Below, piece by piece: positions 9,840 to 22,291 of a stretch of DNA of 64,000 bases (within the stretch, counting starts at the first letter, position 1; each line of letters starts with the position of its first letter). Under the pieces are notes generated by a model that saw nothing but the letters and a program-made list of their open reading frames with translations, had not been told where the DNA came from and searched no databases. The position numbers were made by a program, and so were the translations under genes. Origin of the DNA: Amphiscolops sp. MND2022 (Eukaryota); the NCBI GenBank assembly GCA_964187785.1, contig OZ076413.1, forward strand, positions 42,968,001 through 43,032,000. Direction: 5' to 3'.

Positions 9840-12800
9840 TTATAAATTATTCGGGAATGGGGAGGACGGAGCGAGCTTGACAACTGGGCGACCAAGGTTT
9901 CCGGTAGAGGTCTTGACTTCAGCTGAACGGGCGATGGCGTCGCTGCCGTAGTTTAACTTCACTACACGACCAAGTGGGTAGTGTCCTCTTGGAGCGGTAG
10001 GTTCGACTAGCCAGACGAGATCTCCGGTCTTCAGATCTCGGTCTGACGACTTGGACCATTTCGAGCGACGGTTGAGGTTTGGAACGTACTCCTTGAGCCA
10101 ACGATTAAAAATTGCGTCTGAATACGCTTGAGCTCGAACGTATCGCTTTCGATGGTCTATTTCGGGGCTGAAGTGTGATGGCAAGGTTGAACTAGCGGTT
10201 CCCAGTAGAAAATGGTTAGGTGTGAGAGCGTCGAGGTCTGTAGCTTCAGGACTAACGGGAGTGATTGAACGAGCATTGAGACACTGTTCCACCAAGCAGA
10301 ACGTTGTCGTCAAGATTTCATCCGTCAAACGGCGGTTTCCTAAAATGGCGTAGAATACGTGCTTAAAGCTACGAACTAGGCGCTCCCAAACACCTCCGTG
10401 ATGCGGAGCGCTTGGTGGGTTAAACTTCCACTTAATCCCCTTCTTTACGAGTGCATCGCTGACAATTCGTTGGTTCCAATTGTTGATGTTGGACAAAAGT
10501 TCTTTCTCGGTGGCAACGAAGTTTGTCCCGTTGTCGGACCAGATTACTGATGGGATGCCACGACGGGCGCAAAATCTTTCTATTCCCATCACGCAGCTGC
10601 TAGTGTCCATGCAAGGAACTACTTCAAAGTGAACCGCGCGAGTCGTTAGACATGTGAAAAGGAAACCCCAACGTTTTTCAGTGGACCGCCTCACGGTTAC
10701 AAAGAAGGGTCCAAAATAGTCTACACCAGTGTTCGCGAAAGGGGGTTCTTTGAAAGCAAGTCTTTCTCGCGGGAGGTCCGCCATCACTGGAGTAACAGTT
10801 TCAGCTCTTCGCTTACGGCATGTGACACCCCTCGAAACTCAACGTGCGTGTGTTCCAACAAGAGTCGAACCAAGGGATGTTGGGCGTCCAAAAGAATGGG
10901 GTATTTCACATCGAATGTTGCACCGTCAAGGTTTCTTGTGCGACCAGAGGCTCTGAGGAGCCCGTTGGGTCCTATAAAAGGAGAAAATTGGGTGAGTTTG
11001 GAAGTTTTACTGAGCGGGCTTGACTTCAGCAAATAACTTCTTTCAACTTGGAATGATTCTACCTGACTCAGGTAGAAAAGATGTTGTTCGGCGTTTTCAA
11101 GTTCGGTCGGATCCGTAATGGCACCTGTGATGGTTCTGTATTCGCTGTTCTTTGGTAAGAGCCGCAAACCATAGGCTGCAATGCGCAGAAGTTTCTCGTA
11201 TAAGCAAAACTTCTGCCACTCGAAAGTTTTTGCAATTGCAACATGGTTTTCACTCAGCATTGACGACGATTCTGCAACAAGTTCATCAGTCGGATCCGGT
11301 TTTACTTGCTTCAGTTTTTGTCGGAAGTCTTCGGAAGGCTTGAAGGGCCATTGATCTGTTTTCAGGAATTCGGGGCCATTTAACCAACTACTTTGCAGGT
11401 GGGCTTTGGTTGATAAACCTCTAGTTCCAGCATCAGCAGGGTTGTCGGCGGACTGAACATGGTACCACTCATCTGCAGTTGTCAGTTCGAGTATATCTGC
11501 GACACGGTTTGCAACGAACACCGGCTGTTTCTCAAGAGAATGTAGCCACTGAAGGACCGTAGTACTGTCAGTCCACATAAATGTTCTTTCAATCTGCAAA
11601 GTGAGCGGGCGTTGCACTTCGTTTCTCAATCTTGCAGCGAGTAACGCGGCTTGCAGTTCGAGTTTGGGGATGGTTAGTGCTTTCATTGGCGCAACTCGTG
11701 CTTTGCCAAACACAAAGGCTATTTCAGTAAATCAACCATTTCCAGTGTTGATTTTCCCTCTGAGGAACGCTACGGCGCTAAAGACATCTTGCGAACTGTC
11801 CCCAAACATATGTAACTCCAAACACTCGACATTTTGTTGGAAGTAACTTCTTGGAATCACGAGTTCACTAAGAGTTCCCAATTCAGAACTCCAGTCCCGA
11901 ATCTTGGTTACAATGCTCTCCGGGAGAAGGTCATACCATTTCTGGCCGCTCAGTCTCCATATGTCTTTCAGCAGAAGCCGGGTTTTCACGGTGTACGGGG
12001 CGGCGAGCCCAATAGGGTCGTAGACTGCGGAGACGAGGCTGAGGACAACTCGTTGAGTAACTGTTCGGTTGGTGTCCGGGGAAGTGCCTAAGCTAACAAC
12101 AAGTGTATCCGAGTCGTGGTTCCATTTGAGGCCAAGTACGTGTGATGATTCCTCAGTTGTCGGTAACTGTTTACCATCGTTGGGTTGGCGCTCAGAATTT
12201 GGTTCGAATTGTTGCAAAATGTTTCGGTCGTTAGACACAAACTTCGTTAAATTGAATCCACCCAGCGAAAGCAATATCACTAAGTCTTTAGCTTTCTGGG
12301 TAGCTTCGTCGGCAGTGGGACTAGACTCGAGGTAGTCGTCCATGTAGAAGTTCGTCTGCACGCTTCGAGCGGCTCTCGGAAATTTGTCCGCATTGTCAGT
12401 TGCGGTCCTCTTCAGAGCGTCATTTGCGCAAGTCGGAGAGTCCTTCGACCCGAAGATGTGTCTTACGTACTGAAAAACAGCAACGTCGGTTGATGGATCC
12501 TCCCGCCCCAAAAAACGAATTGACGGTTGGTCTTTCGGTATAACTCCCACTTGTAAGAACATGTTTTCAATGTCGGCGGACACGGCTTCAATGAATTGAC
12601 GAAACCTGAAGAGGATATGGATCAATCTTTGCAGTAGATCTGGACCGGTTAGAAGGGAGTTGTTTAAAGAGTGTCCATGGAACTTTGCAGCACCATTGAG
12701 AACTCTTCTCACTTTGCCGGGTTTGTGCGGGTGTACTACGGGGTATTGTGGCAAGTACCACTCACGACGGTTATCGGCACGGACTTATCGACTCGAACGA

Positions 12801-15800
12801 TATATCCTTTTTCGAAGTCCTCTCTGATTGTCTTGCTGTAACTCTCTTTCAGTTAAGGATCTTTTCCGAGGCGACGTTCTAACGACTTAAGTTGTACAAG
12901 AGCCGAGAAGTAGTTGTTCGGCAACGTACTTTCTTCATCGGCCCACAACATTCCAACTTGGTAACGGCAGCCATCGTTGAATGTCGTTTCTTCGAGGATT
13001 TTCATCGCTCGTGCATCGGCTGCGGAGCGAGAGTCAACTTGTTTGTAGGCACCATATGACTCAATGTCGTACCAGCTGCGAAGTTGTTCGGCAAGAATAG
13101 AATCGTTCTCTGAGCAAGCGACGGCTTTGAAACAAGTCGAGAAAAGACCCGTGGTGGAAAGAAGCGGACCACTCAGTACCCAACCCAACGGTGAACGGAC
13201 GGCTATTGGAGAATTCAGGCGGTCGGCTTCGAAGTACTCCAATGGGCGGATACAGTGGAAGACATCCTGACCAAGGATCATCTCAACGTCTGAATAGCTG
13301 TACTTGCTGAGGGGAATCGGTTCTAAATGCGGGTAAGTCGTTTTCAGTTTGTCAACGTCGATATTGTCGTTTCCAACTTTCAAATCGTCTCGGATGTAAG
13401 GATTGACAGGAAAAGATGAACAAGAGCCACCCGAATGAACGGGTGTCAACTTAAGCTCGACTATTTCCGTGTCGATCAGTTGTTGGGAGTTTATCCCATG
13501 TACGGTTAACTTGGTTGCTGAGCCCTTAACTTGTAGTTTGTCGGCTAATCTTCTCGAGATCCATGAATGACTACATGCTGAGTCACATAGAGCAAGAATT
13601 TTAGGGGAGCTCGACGGCGATGTCAATTCGACTTCTGTTATCTGCAACAAGCCTTTCACGTCGGTTACGGAAGGCATGCCGGAGCTTTCGCTGCCTGTTT
13701 GTCTTTGACTGACTTTCGTTGTTTTGCTACTTTGAGAATTTTTCGCGTCGCCGGGACTTTTCTCTGGAAAAGTTGTCGGACCCGTGAAGTAAGGTGTTAT
13801 GAGACCTGCTACAGCCGTCTTTTGCGCATTTTCTTGGTTGCGGGCCTTGCCGGAATGAATTTCCTTCGTTAAGACAAGAAAAGCAGAGTTTGCTCTCAGC
13901 GGCTAGCTTGGTTCTCTCGGTCGGAGTTTTCTGGCGGAACACTCTACAACGCCAAAGCGGGTGACTATCCTTGCAAGCTACACATTGTTTCCCACTTTTA
14001 ACCTTGGTAGCAGCGTTCCCTTGGTTACTGGTGGTCGCCGCAAAAACCTTGGTTCCTGTTTTTGTCTTGGTTACCGTAGTGACAGGAACTTCTTCGGATC
14101 TTGGTTTACTGGAGGCGGCTTTCATTCTTTCGTGTGCCTCTGCCTTCTCCTTTAGCCAATCGCTAAAGTGAATCAAAGTCGGCCGATCCAGATTCCATTT
14201 GACGGTGTTCATCGACCACGCTTCCTTCAAATTTGGTGGAAGTTTTTGAACCGCTTGGCCCAGGAGAGAAGCACTCGACAGATCCTGCAGGTAGTTCAAG
14301 GATCTGAAAACACCAACCAGTGAGGAAACTGTGGCAGAATAGCTGATGATACTGTCCCTTTTGTGCATCTTTACTAGCGGATAGTTGGCAAGTTTGTCGA
14401 GGTAGGCACTGACAACAGTCTGAGGTTGCCCAAACTTTCGTTCCAACGTTTTCAGCGCGTCTTTGTACATAGTACCGCAGTATGCAAACTCGGCGATAGC
14501 AGTTTTTGCCTTACCGGACACCAATGTCTACAGGTAAGTCAGTTTCACGTCATCGGTAAGGGGCGCTGAATCGATGGCACTCTTAAACTGGCCAAACCAC
14601 TCGTGCCATTGAAGTGGATCTCCACTGTACCGGTCCAGTTTCCATTCAGGGAGGTGATCCCTCTTCGAGGACGCTAGTAGCTGCGCAAGATCTTGGACAG
14701 TGAAACTGGTAGTAGCAGGTTGCGGTACATTGACGAACTGAGGAGTTGCCAATGGTGTTGCTGTTGAAAGAACGGCCGGGAAAGTAGTCGGTACTGGTGC
14801 GCTGCTCGGTGCCGGCACTGTTGTCAAAGACGTCGGGTTGAGGTAGTATACGGTTCCTCCGGCGGTGACTGGAATAATAGGCGGAGCTGTTGTGGCGACT
14901 CTAGTACCAGGAAAAACTGTCGGAATTACGGTGTGGTTCGTGGTTACAGGAGTTGCGCTCACATGCGGGGTACTTGGTCCTGTCGGGAAGGTCCAGGCCG
15001 ATAGGTTTGGGAGAATATGGCTTGCAGGAACAGTGACAGTTGATATCGGATATGATGCGGCGGACACCAAAGGGGCCGATGTTGTAGCAATTGTCGATGG
15101 AGCGTTTGTTCCCTGAGACGTTGTGGTCGATTGGGGAACTTGGACTGGGCCAGTAGGTGGTAGGAAAATTGTTGAACCTTGTCCCGAACTAGTGGTATGT
15201 TGTTAATCATTGGTCCGGCTGGTGGGGCTACAGAAGTCACTACTGGGGTGCTAGGCGATGATGTTGTTGTAGGAGCTCCTCTGTTGACTGAGTTTTGTGC
15301 TACATTGGTGACGGCGACGGCGTTCGGGTTCGAAATTCCAGTGTTTGTGGGATCATTTGCAGTGGCAACGGGTGAATTGTTAACCCACTCGCTCACTCGG
15401 ACCGCATCGTCAGCTTTAGTTGAAGCAGCTATTTGCGACATGGTGTCTAGAAACTCTGATTGAGAGTCCGACAAGTCATCTGTCAGTTCAAGCTCGGTGA
15501 GTGTTGCTTCAGCTAGTTTCTTTCTGTTTTCCTCTTCTAACTGTTCCACTCGAAGTGCTTGTTCCTTCTTGAGTCGGTCGGTTCCCAGTCTAAGTAGTTC
15601 TTGTTCTTCCTGTAGACGTTCGAGTTCCAGTTCCTGCTGTTGCTTAGCTAATCTAAGGGCGGCTTCGTTTTGCCTTTCTATCTCCTCCTTACGTTGCTTG
15701 GCAACTAGCAAATCTCGTTGTCGCTGACTGGATGTTTTCGATTGTCATGATGGCCTTGAAGCAGACGTTTTGCTTGGTTGCTTGCTCTTGGTGGCAGTCG

Positions 15801-16152
15801 TTGACGATTGAGATGCTCCATCGACTAGTGGGCATTGATCGATGTAATCACGAGCCTTCTTTGAAATCTCATCGTTTCGAGTGGTCACTTCATTCAACCA
15901 AGTTTCCAAATCTTGTTTAACAAGTGATGGGTCTTCGGTTTTGCCAGCGAGTTCGAAAAGTTGTTCATGTTTGGCAAACAGTTTCGTCATTGCTTCATCG
16001 CAGGAAGTAACAAGTCTTTCAACTCGGACACGTCTATCGTTGTTCTCCACGGCATCTTGAACTTTTTCTTGCAATTTCTGTAACTCGGTCTCAGCTTTAG
16101 CAGCACAACTTTCATGAAGCTTTCTAACTTTGTCTTGCCTGGCGTCGGTCAT
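9840..16152 (-). pseudogene. BEL/Pao Gag-Pol polyprotein, disrupted by stops, frameshifts and a deletion in the integrase zinc finger
   Basis: Motifs in order: coiled-coil N-terminus; PEWKLDRYSGDPLQW (DUF1759-like); Cys/His knuckles CVACKDSHPLWRC, CFSC, CAKDGC..H; protease ALCDSACS; RT YMDD; RNase H LHMFGDSS..TIPKLELQAA; integrase GVDYFGP, SDNGTNF, GGVWERLVRSFK. Confidence 0.95.
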
Positions 16153-16494
16153 TTTGTCGTGAACTTTCGTTAGAATAAGAATCGAGGTAGTAAGAAAAGA
16201 GTTAAATCAAATAGATTGAGGAGTAATTTCTTCGACAGCGTCAACCAAGCAATTAAACTTAAACACAGCTGAAAAGAGAAATTCTGGGTTAACGGTAACG
16301 GTGTTTATCGAATGATGGGAGCTGTATCTCACGATAACAGCAACGTTAGATTGATTTTACATTTTTTTGTTTTTAAAAGTAGTTACAAAACACGGGAGGA
16401 AGTTACATGGGACGAGACGGCGATTAAAAAGCACGCTCTTCCCGAAAGGATGACAGTTCGTCCAATAATGAATGCCCGAAGGGCGGAAGAAGGC

Positions 16495-16665
16495 CGGAAG
16501 AACTTCAACCAGACAATGAAGTCTGGACACTGTCCAAACGGCAGATAGAAAGATGGGGAATAGGCTTCTGAGTATCAACCGGACACTTAAGTCCGGACAC
16601 AACTCAAAAAGACGGATTACCTACTGCAGGAACTTCAACCAGACAATGAAGTCCGGACACCGTGA
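16495..16665. repeat. Three short imperfect repeats in the BEL leader
   Basis: aacttcaaccagacaatgaagtc(t/c)ggacac at 16501 and 16631; tcaaccggacacttaagtccggacac at ~16575. Confidence 0.75.
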
Positions 16666-16696
16666 CTACAGTACAGTAAAGACGGATAGAGGGGGT

Positions 16697-17314
16697 CTAG
16701 GTAGAAGCAGCGACCGCCGCTGCGTTCTTGATTGCCTTTCGGGCGCGCGTACTAGGCCGCTTGGGGCGGCTTTTGTCAGTGATAGCGTCAAGCTCGCTCT
16801 CTTTTCTCAGAATAAAGCCAATATGTTTGATTTCAATCTCGGGGCTCTGGTGTAATGCCTTGAGTTTCTTGAGATACTCAGGATCTTTCTTTTTTCTCGG
16901 CGAAATGAAGTCTTCAACAATGTTAAACACTTTAACGTTCGTGGAATTTTCTAATTTCTTCAAAGTTTGACAAATGTTCGGTGTACGGAATCAGTGGCAG
17001 TACACTAGAGCCCGGAGTTTGTTTTCAATCGATTTCAAAATTTCTACTAATTGCGGGACTGTTAAAGGACGGTAATTATTGCTCTCGTGTTTGGAAATGC
17101 TATTATTTAACACATCGTGCCAAATAACAATGTCACGTTTGTCGGAAAGATCTTTAGAGAGCAAGTTTTGTACTATTTTTTTGGGATTTTTTGTGTTAGG
17201 GTTAGGGCTCAGGCCCGGAATCGAGAAAATTTTTTCGTTATAATTTTTTCGGTTTTCAGGGCTTAAAGTGTCAAGGGCATGGTCAACGGAATTTGCTGCA
17301 ATAATAAATACCAT
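16697..17314 (-). pseudogene. Accessory ORF in the BEL element (~205 codons, one in-frame TGA), SGNH/GDSL-like
   Basis: ORFs 16991-17314 and 16697-16963 share one frame and join as YCH*FRTPNICQTLKK. Motif order VFIIAANSV, SIPGLS, DIVIWHDVLNNSI, LVYC, ALHQSP resembles SGNH blocks I, II, III and V. The fold call is pattern-based only. Confidence 0.55.
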
Positions 17315-17559
17315 GAGTTTTTCTCAGAAAAAACCAAGAGGTTTCACTGAAAATATTTCAGATATATAGCACGGTAAGGGCAAATATTTCACACAACAAA
17401 ATTTTGGGATAGAAAACAAAATTTTGGGATAGAAAGGTCGACTTAATTTTCAATTGCACAAAAGCCAAAAAAATTTCGCTCAGAAGGGAGTTCTTAGGCT
17501 CGAATTTACCTCTAATAATGATAAGTACGTTATATCAACGAATTTCAAAGGCCTTGCTA

Positions 17560-18132
17560 TGAATGAAACACCAATTCAATCATAGTTTTAAATGTTTTTT
17601 TTGAACGTAACCGTTTTTGGTAGAAACCGGGGGTTCGCAGGGGGATGACAGCTTCCTGTGGGTCGTGGGTTAAATTCCTGGGTTCATAGGTCAGCCTTTG
17701 GGTGGTCACTGATCATTTGTTTGCGGCAAACATCCGAATATCGTTCTATGATTTCAGCATTGGGTTGAACTTCACAGCGTTTCGCTCTTTGTTGTCAAAC
17801 CAAATCAAATAAGCCCGGAAACCGTTAATGCGTGACCCACTTGGCGTCTTTGTGGTATTCAGCTTAACAGGCGTGAAAGTTGGCAAAGATCCTTGTTCAG
17901 AGCTGATTTGGGCTTCTTTGATGATGATACTCCGAAATGGAACGTCCCCACGTCTTCGTTCTTTCTTGTTCGGCCTCGCCGTCGTGGTCGGACAAATTAT
18001 CAACAGTGATGGAGTAGCTCCTGCGAAAGTATGATGATCGTCACCTTTCTCAAATAATACATTCAATTATTCACGATGAAAACGGTCATCGCTTTCTTCC
18101 AGCAAATAAGCAGGAGGGTAGTTGATCTTCAT
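17560..18132 (-). pseudogene. Second decayed accessory ORF in the BEL element, unknown function
   Basis: ATG at 18132: MKINYPPAYLLEESDDRFHRE*LNVLFEKGDD...NPMLKS*NDIRMFAANK*SVTTQRLTYEPRNL. It reads in one frame through isolated stops. The 3' end is uncertain. Confidence 0.4.
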
Positions 18133-18199
18133 TCATTTTACTAGCTAATGTTGAATGTTTCAAATATGAACTGGCAAGGTCGCCTCTCTATGGCCACCA

Positions 18200-18592
18200 T
18201 GAAATTACTATAGAATTAGCTGCTCTATAGATCGTTTTGAGAGTCAAAAATAAAGATGATCAATAGTGTATTATTTAACTGAAGTTTTTTGCGGCCGTAT
18301 GTTTTTCAGAACATTCGAATGATATAAATGAAGAATCGAAAAGATTAGTATAATAATTGTCAATAATCAAATTAACGTAAAGAGTAGCATCAGAGTGCTA
18401 AATATTTGCAAACAATATTTTGTAGCAAGGCCTTTTTCGTATTCGAATATTCGAATATTTTCTAGAATATTCTCGAATTTTTGCGGTCATCGAATGTTCT
18501 AGAATATTCCAATTATGTTTTCAAACACGCAAATGTGGAACGAGTGACTTTGCTTTTAATCTTATTGCTTTCAATCGTATTGCTTGTCAACA
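18200..18592 (-). repeat. BEL 5' LTR
   Basis: Followed on - by PBS TGGTGGCCATAG (18199 downward). TSD TTATC outside. Confidence 0.95.
18459..18510. promoter_or_regulatory. Heat-shock element arrays in the BEL 5' LTR (also at 9572-9623 in the 3' LTR)
   Basis: TTCtaGAAtaTTCtcGAA (18460-18477) and GAAtgTTCtaGAAtaTTC (18492-18509) are perfect inverted nGAAn arrays. Confidence 0.65.
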
Positions 18593-18599
18593 TTATCAA

Positions 18600-19000
18600 A
18601 GTATAAGTGGGAGATTTCTCAAGCTGCCGACGACAATTCGTTTCTCGCGATGAAACGAGCGAGTGGTAATTATGCATGCGTACGCCGAATTCATCGAGAT
18701 GAAGCGAGCAAATGTTCGAAATTATGCTTTCGTACGCCGAGTTATTGGGATGAAGCGAATGAGTGTTAAATATTTATTCGCCGAAAGCTTTGCATGCCTT
18801 CAAATGCGAATACAAAACTTCGTCTACGCTTAGTAGTTATACTTTTATAGTCCGAGAAGAATTAAAGGCGGTGTAAATTGGTGCAGTGAATAATTGTGCG
18901 CTGAATATGATTAAACGGGAGTGTTTAGTTATTCCAGATATGCTTCTATTAATGAACATGAAAGCCTGAAAAGCTGAAATAATACTGTGACGCACAAGGG
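18600..19000 (+). repeat. Unclassified interspersed repeat (GATGAAGCGA-unit family), uninterrupted copy
   Basis: Three ~50-bp units plus a shared tail (tacgcttagtagt...gaacatgaaagcct...atactgtg). Confidence 0.7.
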
Positions 19001-21183
19001 GCCTATTTTAGTATAGTTCCCACCGGGTACAAGATTCATTTTCTCGAAACAATTAAACTTGTGGTCAGTAGTCTCCAGATTTTTCCATAAAGCAATTATT
19101 GATTCTCGAATATATGAATGCGCGCTCCTTCTCTACGCTCAGAAAGCTTCTGTCAGCTTCAATGACTAACATTCGATAGTTGCCGCACGAAAAAAATCCC
19201 TGCGTTGTTCAACCTTGCTGATATCATAATGCGCTGCTAATTCTCTGACAGTTCGCTTGTTGGCTCGATGATACATCCACTGTTGTATGCCGGTTTTTTT
19301 AAAGGCAAACGAGTAACTGACTCGTATCTTAAGTATTTTGAACCGTTCTTAAGCCTAGTGTTTTACGGAAGTATTTGAATACTTTGACCGCTTCAATTGT
19401 TTGTTTCTAACTAGACGAAAAGGCTGTTTTTCAGATATTTGAAAATCTCGTAATCAAGTTTTTTTATTTTAAGTCGGAATTGAATGCTTGGAATAATTTA
19501 TTCCTCTTTCCACGTATCTAAGCTAATTCTGCTTTCTCATTCCAGGTGTCGTTTTTTCACACATTTTAGCTCGGATTGTTTTCAAGTACACCACCGGCTT
19601 CCCGAAGTCACTTCCTTTTGATGTGAGCACAAAATTTCCTTGTCAAGTTTATGGGATGACGTTTTTCGAACTGCCGCTCTGCCTCTCGATGTAAAATCCT
19701 TCGACAGAGTGTTCAGTTTTCAATTTTTGGGTCCTGTGAAGCTGTCAAATACAGACTATACTATCACCTGTACAAGATGCATGTTCTCAGTGAATTCTCA
19801 CTTTTTTGTCTTTTTTAACAAGTTTCCTTATTTTTTGGACAATCACGTCCAGTCGCTGTATATAGCTTGGAACTTGCGATAGTTATCAAGTGAATTGAAA
19901 ACGTTTGAACGATAATAGGACCATTTGTAAGTTTTGTCGAATCTTATCATAATGAACACCATCACTGAACTATGTGTTTGTCTCGCGCTCTCATATTCAT
20001 CTTTTCTTTGGAGATTTTTTCAATCGCGCTTTCATTTTTCTGGAACGGTGTTATTTAACTAGTCGAACATGACATACTTTTCTCTTGGTGTTTGTTGCAA
20101 CTGCCATTTTGTGGTCGATGAATCTGTTTCAATTTCCTTTCATGAAGATCATTCTCGGTTGCCTCTCTGAGCGTTCAATTTTTGTTTTCCGTGAAAACTT
20201 TGAGCTTGAAAGTTGTCAAGGTAAAATTATTTCTCAAGCTGGTTTGTGCCGCTATAGGTCATTTCAAGTCGTAAAGTGTCAGACTACATAAAGTGCACAT
20301 GATTTGATTTCAATAAAATAATTATTGAAATTATTTTTTTTTGGAATTTTAACCGAAGGTTGAGGAAACCTTCGATATTTTTGCTGAATTGTTGCTGCTT
20401 TTGGGGTATTGCCAAATTAATCATCGTCCAAATCTTGTGGTATAAAATGTTCACCGCACAATTGTGCAACTGGTGGTTTAGTCGTGTATTGTTTGTCTGT
20501 TCAATTGTTCCGTTGTAAAAATGAATTTGTAGGCCTAATTTTATGCGATCAAAATTCTCATTTTTGGATATCTGGATATCAAAATCATTATCAATAATTC
20601 GTCCACAGCTGTTTTCTCACTTCAGAAAGATTTTGTCTGAAAGTTGTACTTCATCAAATTGACGAACTTTTTAAACATTATTTTGACACCATTACTTCGT
20701 TCATAACTTTTAAAAATGGAAAGAAAGCTTTCCATTTAAATTCAACTGAAGTTAGAACATAGTTTTGGATGATTACCCGAAGTTACAATTCTACGAGGTT
20801 TACTTCAGTTGTAGAAATTTTACGAATCCGCGCGTAGGAATAACTTAAAAAATTGATGCTGTGTATCAAGATTAGCCTAGCTTTATGGCTGATTTTTCCT
20901 TAAATTTCATTTTTTGCGCAAATTTTTGGGTTAGACTGAAACATTTTTGTTCAGCTTACCTGAGAAGCATTTTGAGCCAAGCATGTCATATTTCTGCGCG
21001 AAAATAACAAACGAACTATAGCGGTGTTTTCGTGAAAATCATCAATTATCTTGTTGAACGTGTTTTTCGAGCTCAACTTTAATGCATTCTGATGCACATT
21101 TAATTTGGGATTGAAAAAATGGTGTTTGAAATACTTGTTACTCCTAACGATATAGATAATTTATGCTTGAACATAACTTCGGT

Positions 21184-21591
21184 TCATGCTCTGGGAATTG
21201 GCGTAGCAGAGCGAACTGACGAAAGTTTGATGGAGTCAATGGGAAATGAATCTTCATGAATTTCCGGCTTTTCTGTGCTCAGCGTCTTATTCTTCCACGC
21301 GATTTGATCTTCCACATCTTCTAGATTTGCGATCACAAAATCTGACTTCATTTTTTCTCCTGAAACCTCACAGTCCAGAATCACATTGGACACTTCGGTT
21401 TTGCCTGTTTCGGTGGAGAAACATTCTACGATCGCTTCGGTGAGGAAAGTATCGGAGTAGCTACTTTTGCGAAGACCTTCGCTGGTTGTGTTCAGACACT
21501 TACAGAGGAACATTTCACGTTTCCCTTTGAAAGCAAGCTGGGAACGGTTGCGAACCCGTAGAATGCGCTGCTTGTAATCTAGTTGGATCAA
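21184..21591 (-). CDS. Possible coding exon, unknown product
   Basis: 135-codon open frame with protein-like composition and a possible acceptor (ccaactag) near its start. No motif recognised. Confidence 0.25.
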   Translation of the reverse strand: MIQLDYKQRILRVRNRSQLAFKGKREMFLCKCLNTTSEGLRKSSYSDTFLTEAIVECFSTETGKTEVSNVILDCEVSGEKMKSDFVIANLEDVEDQIAWKNKTLSTEKPEIHEDSFPIDSIKLSSVRSATPIPRA

Positions 21592-21792
21592 AAGTGGGCC
21601 AAGGAATGAGTATCGAAAAAGTTTCGAATTAGAAAAACAACAAGAATCCTATCACCCCACTAATGAACGACACATAAAAACAAAAAAATAGACAGCCTTT
21701 TGCCTGACTAAGGTGAAAAGACCAGAAACGCTATACAGCGTAATTTTTTTTGTTTTTTCACCTCTAGTGAGGCAGAAGGTGGGAGCTGTTCA

Positions 21793-22277
21793 TTTTTAGT
21801 CGGCGCTTTTCTAGTGAAAAGAGCCCGACTACTACAGTGGTTAGTTTTTTTTTCGTCAGACTACAATCTCACTCTGATTTGTCTACTTTTCTTACAATAG
21901 AAACTACTAAAACTACTAAGGCCATAAGGCCAAGTCCGGTCAGCGGAAATTAGTGCAAAAGGGTCCCCCATTTCATTTTTTATTTTTTAACGTAACCTGC
22001 AAAACCGGACGAGACTAAAGGGTCCCCTTTTAATTTTTTTCCGCAATGTGCGACTTTTTTCGAAAATTTTTTGTCCCAAAAGAGTCTCCCTTTCGAGTTT
22101 TTTGATATTTTGCAACAGAATATATGTTAATAAAGCCCAAAGGGTCCCCCTTTTACATTTTTCGGTACTATGCGACATTTTCGGAAAGAAAAAATTTCCA
22201 AGTTTTTTTCAAAAAATTTTTTTGCGCTTTTTGAGCCTTAGATATAGTGCCGGCTTTAGACGTTCCCGTCTTGTTTT
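21793..22277 (+). mobile_element. HINE/DINE-1-like element, family A
   Basis: TTTTTAGTCGGCGCTTTTCTAGTGAAAAGAGCCCGACT ... GTGCCGGCTTTA-GACGTTCCCGTC-TTGTTTT. Confidence 0.75.
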
Positions 22278-22291
22278 CCAAATTGCGTGTG

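Larger units (their letters stand above)
9321..18592 (-). mobile_element. BEL/Pao LTR retrotransposon with both LTRs, decayed
   Basis: TG..CA LTRs at 9321-9716 and 18200-18592. 5-bp TSD TTATC (9316-9320 and 18593-18597). PBS TGGTGGCCATAGAG next to the 5' LTR. BEL-type gag-pol. Confidence 0.97.

Noticed and set aside
16501..16660. Repeat-spacer pattern resembling CRISPR
   Set aside because: Only three imperfect units, inside a eukaryotic retrotransposon, with no cas genes.
19100..20500. Possibly decayed coding or TE sequence
   Set aside because: No sustained frame or recognisable motif found by eye.
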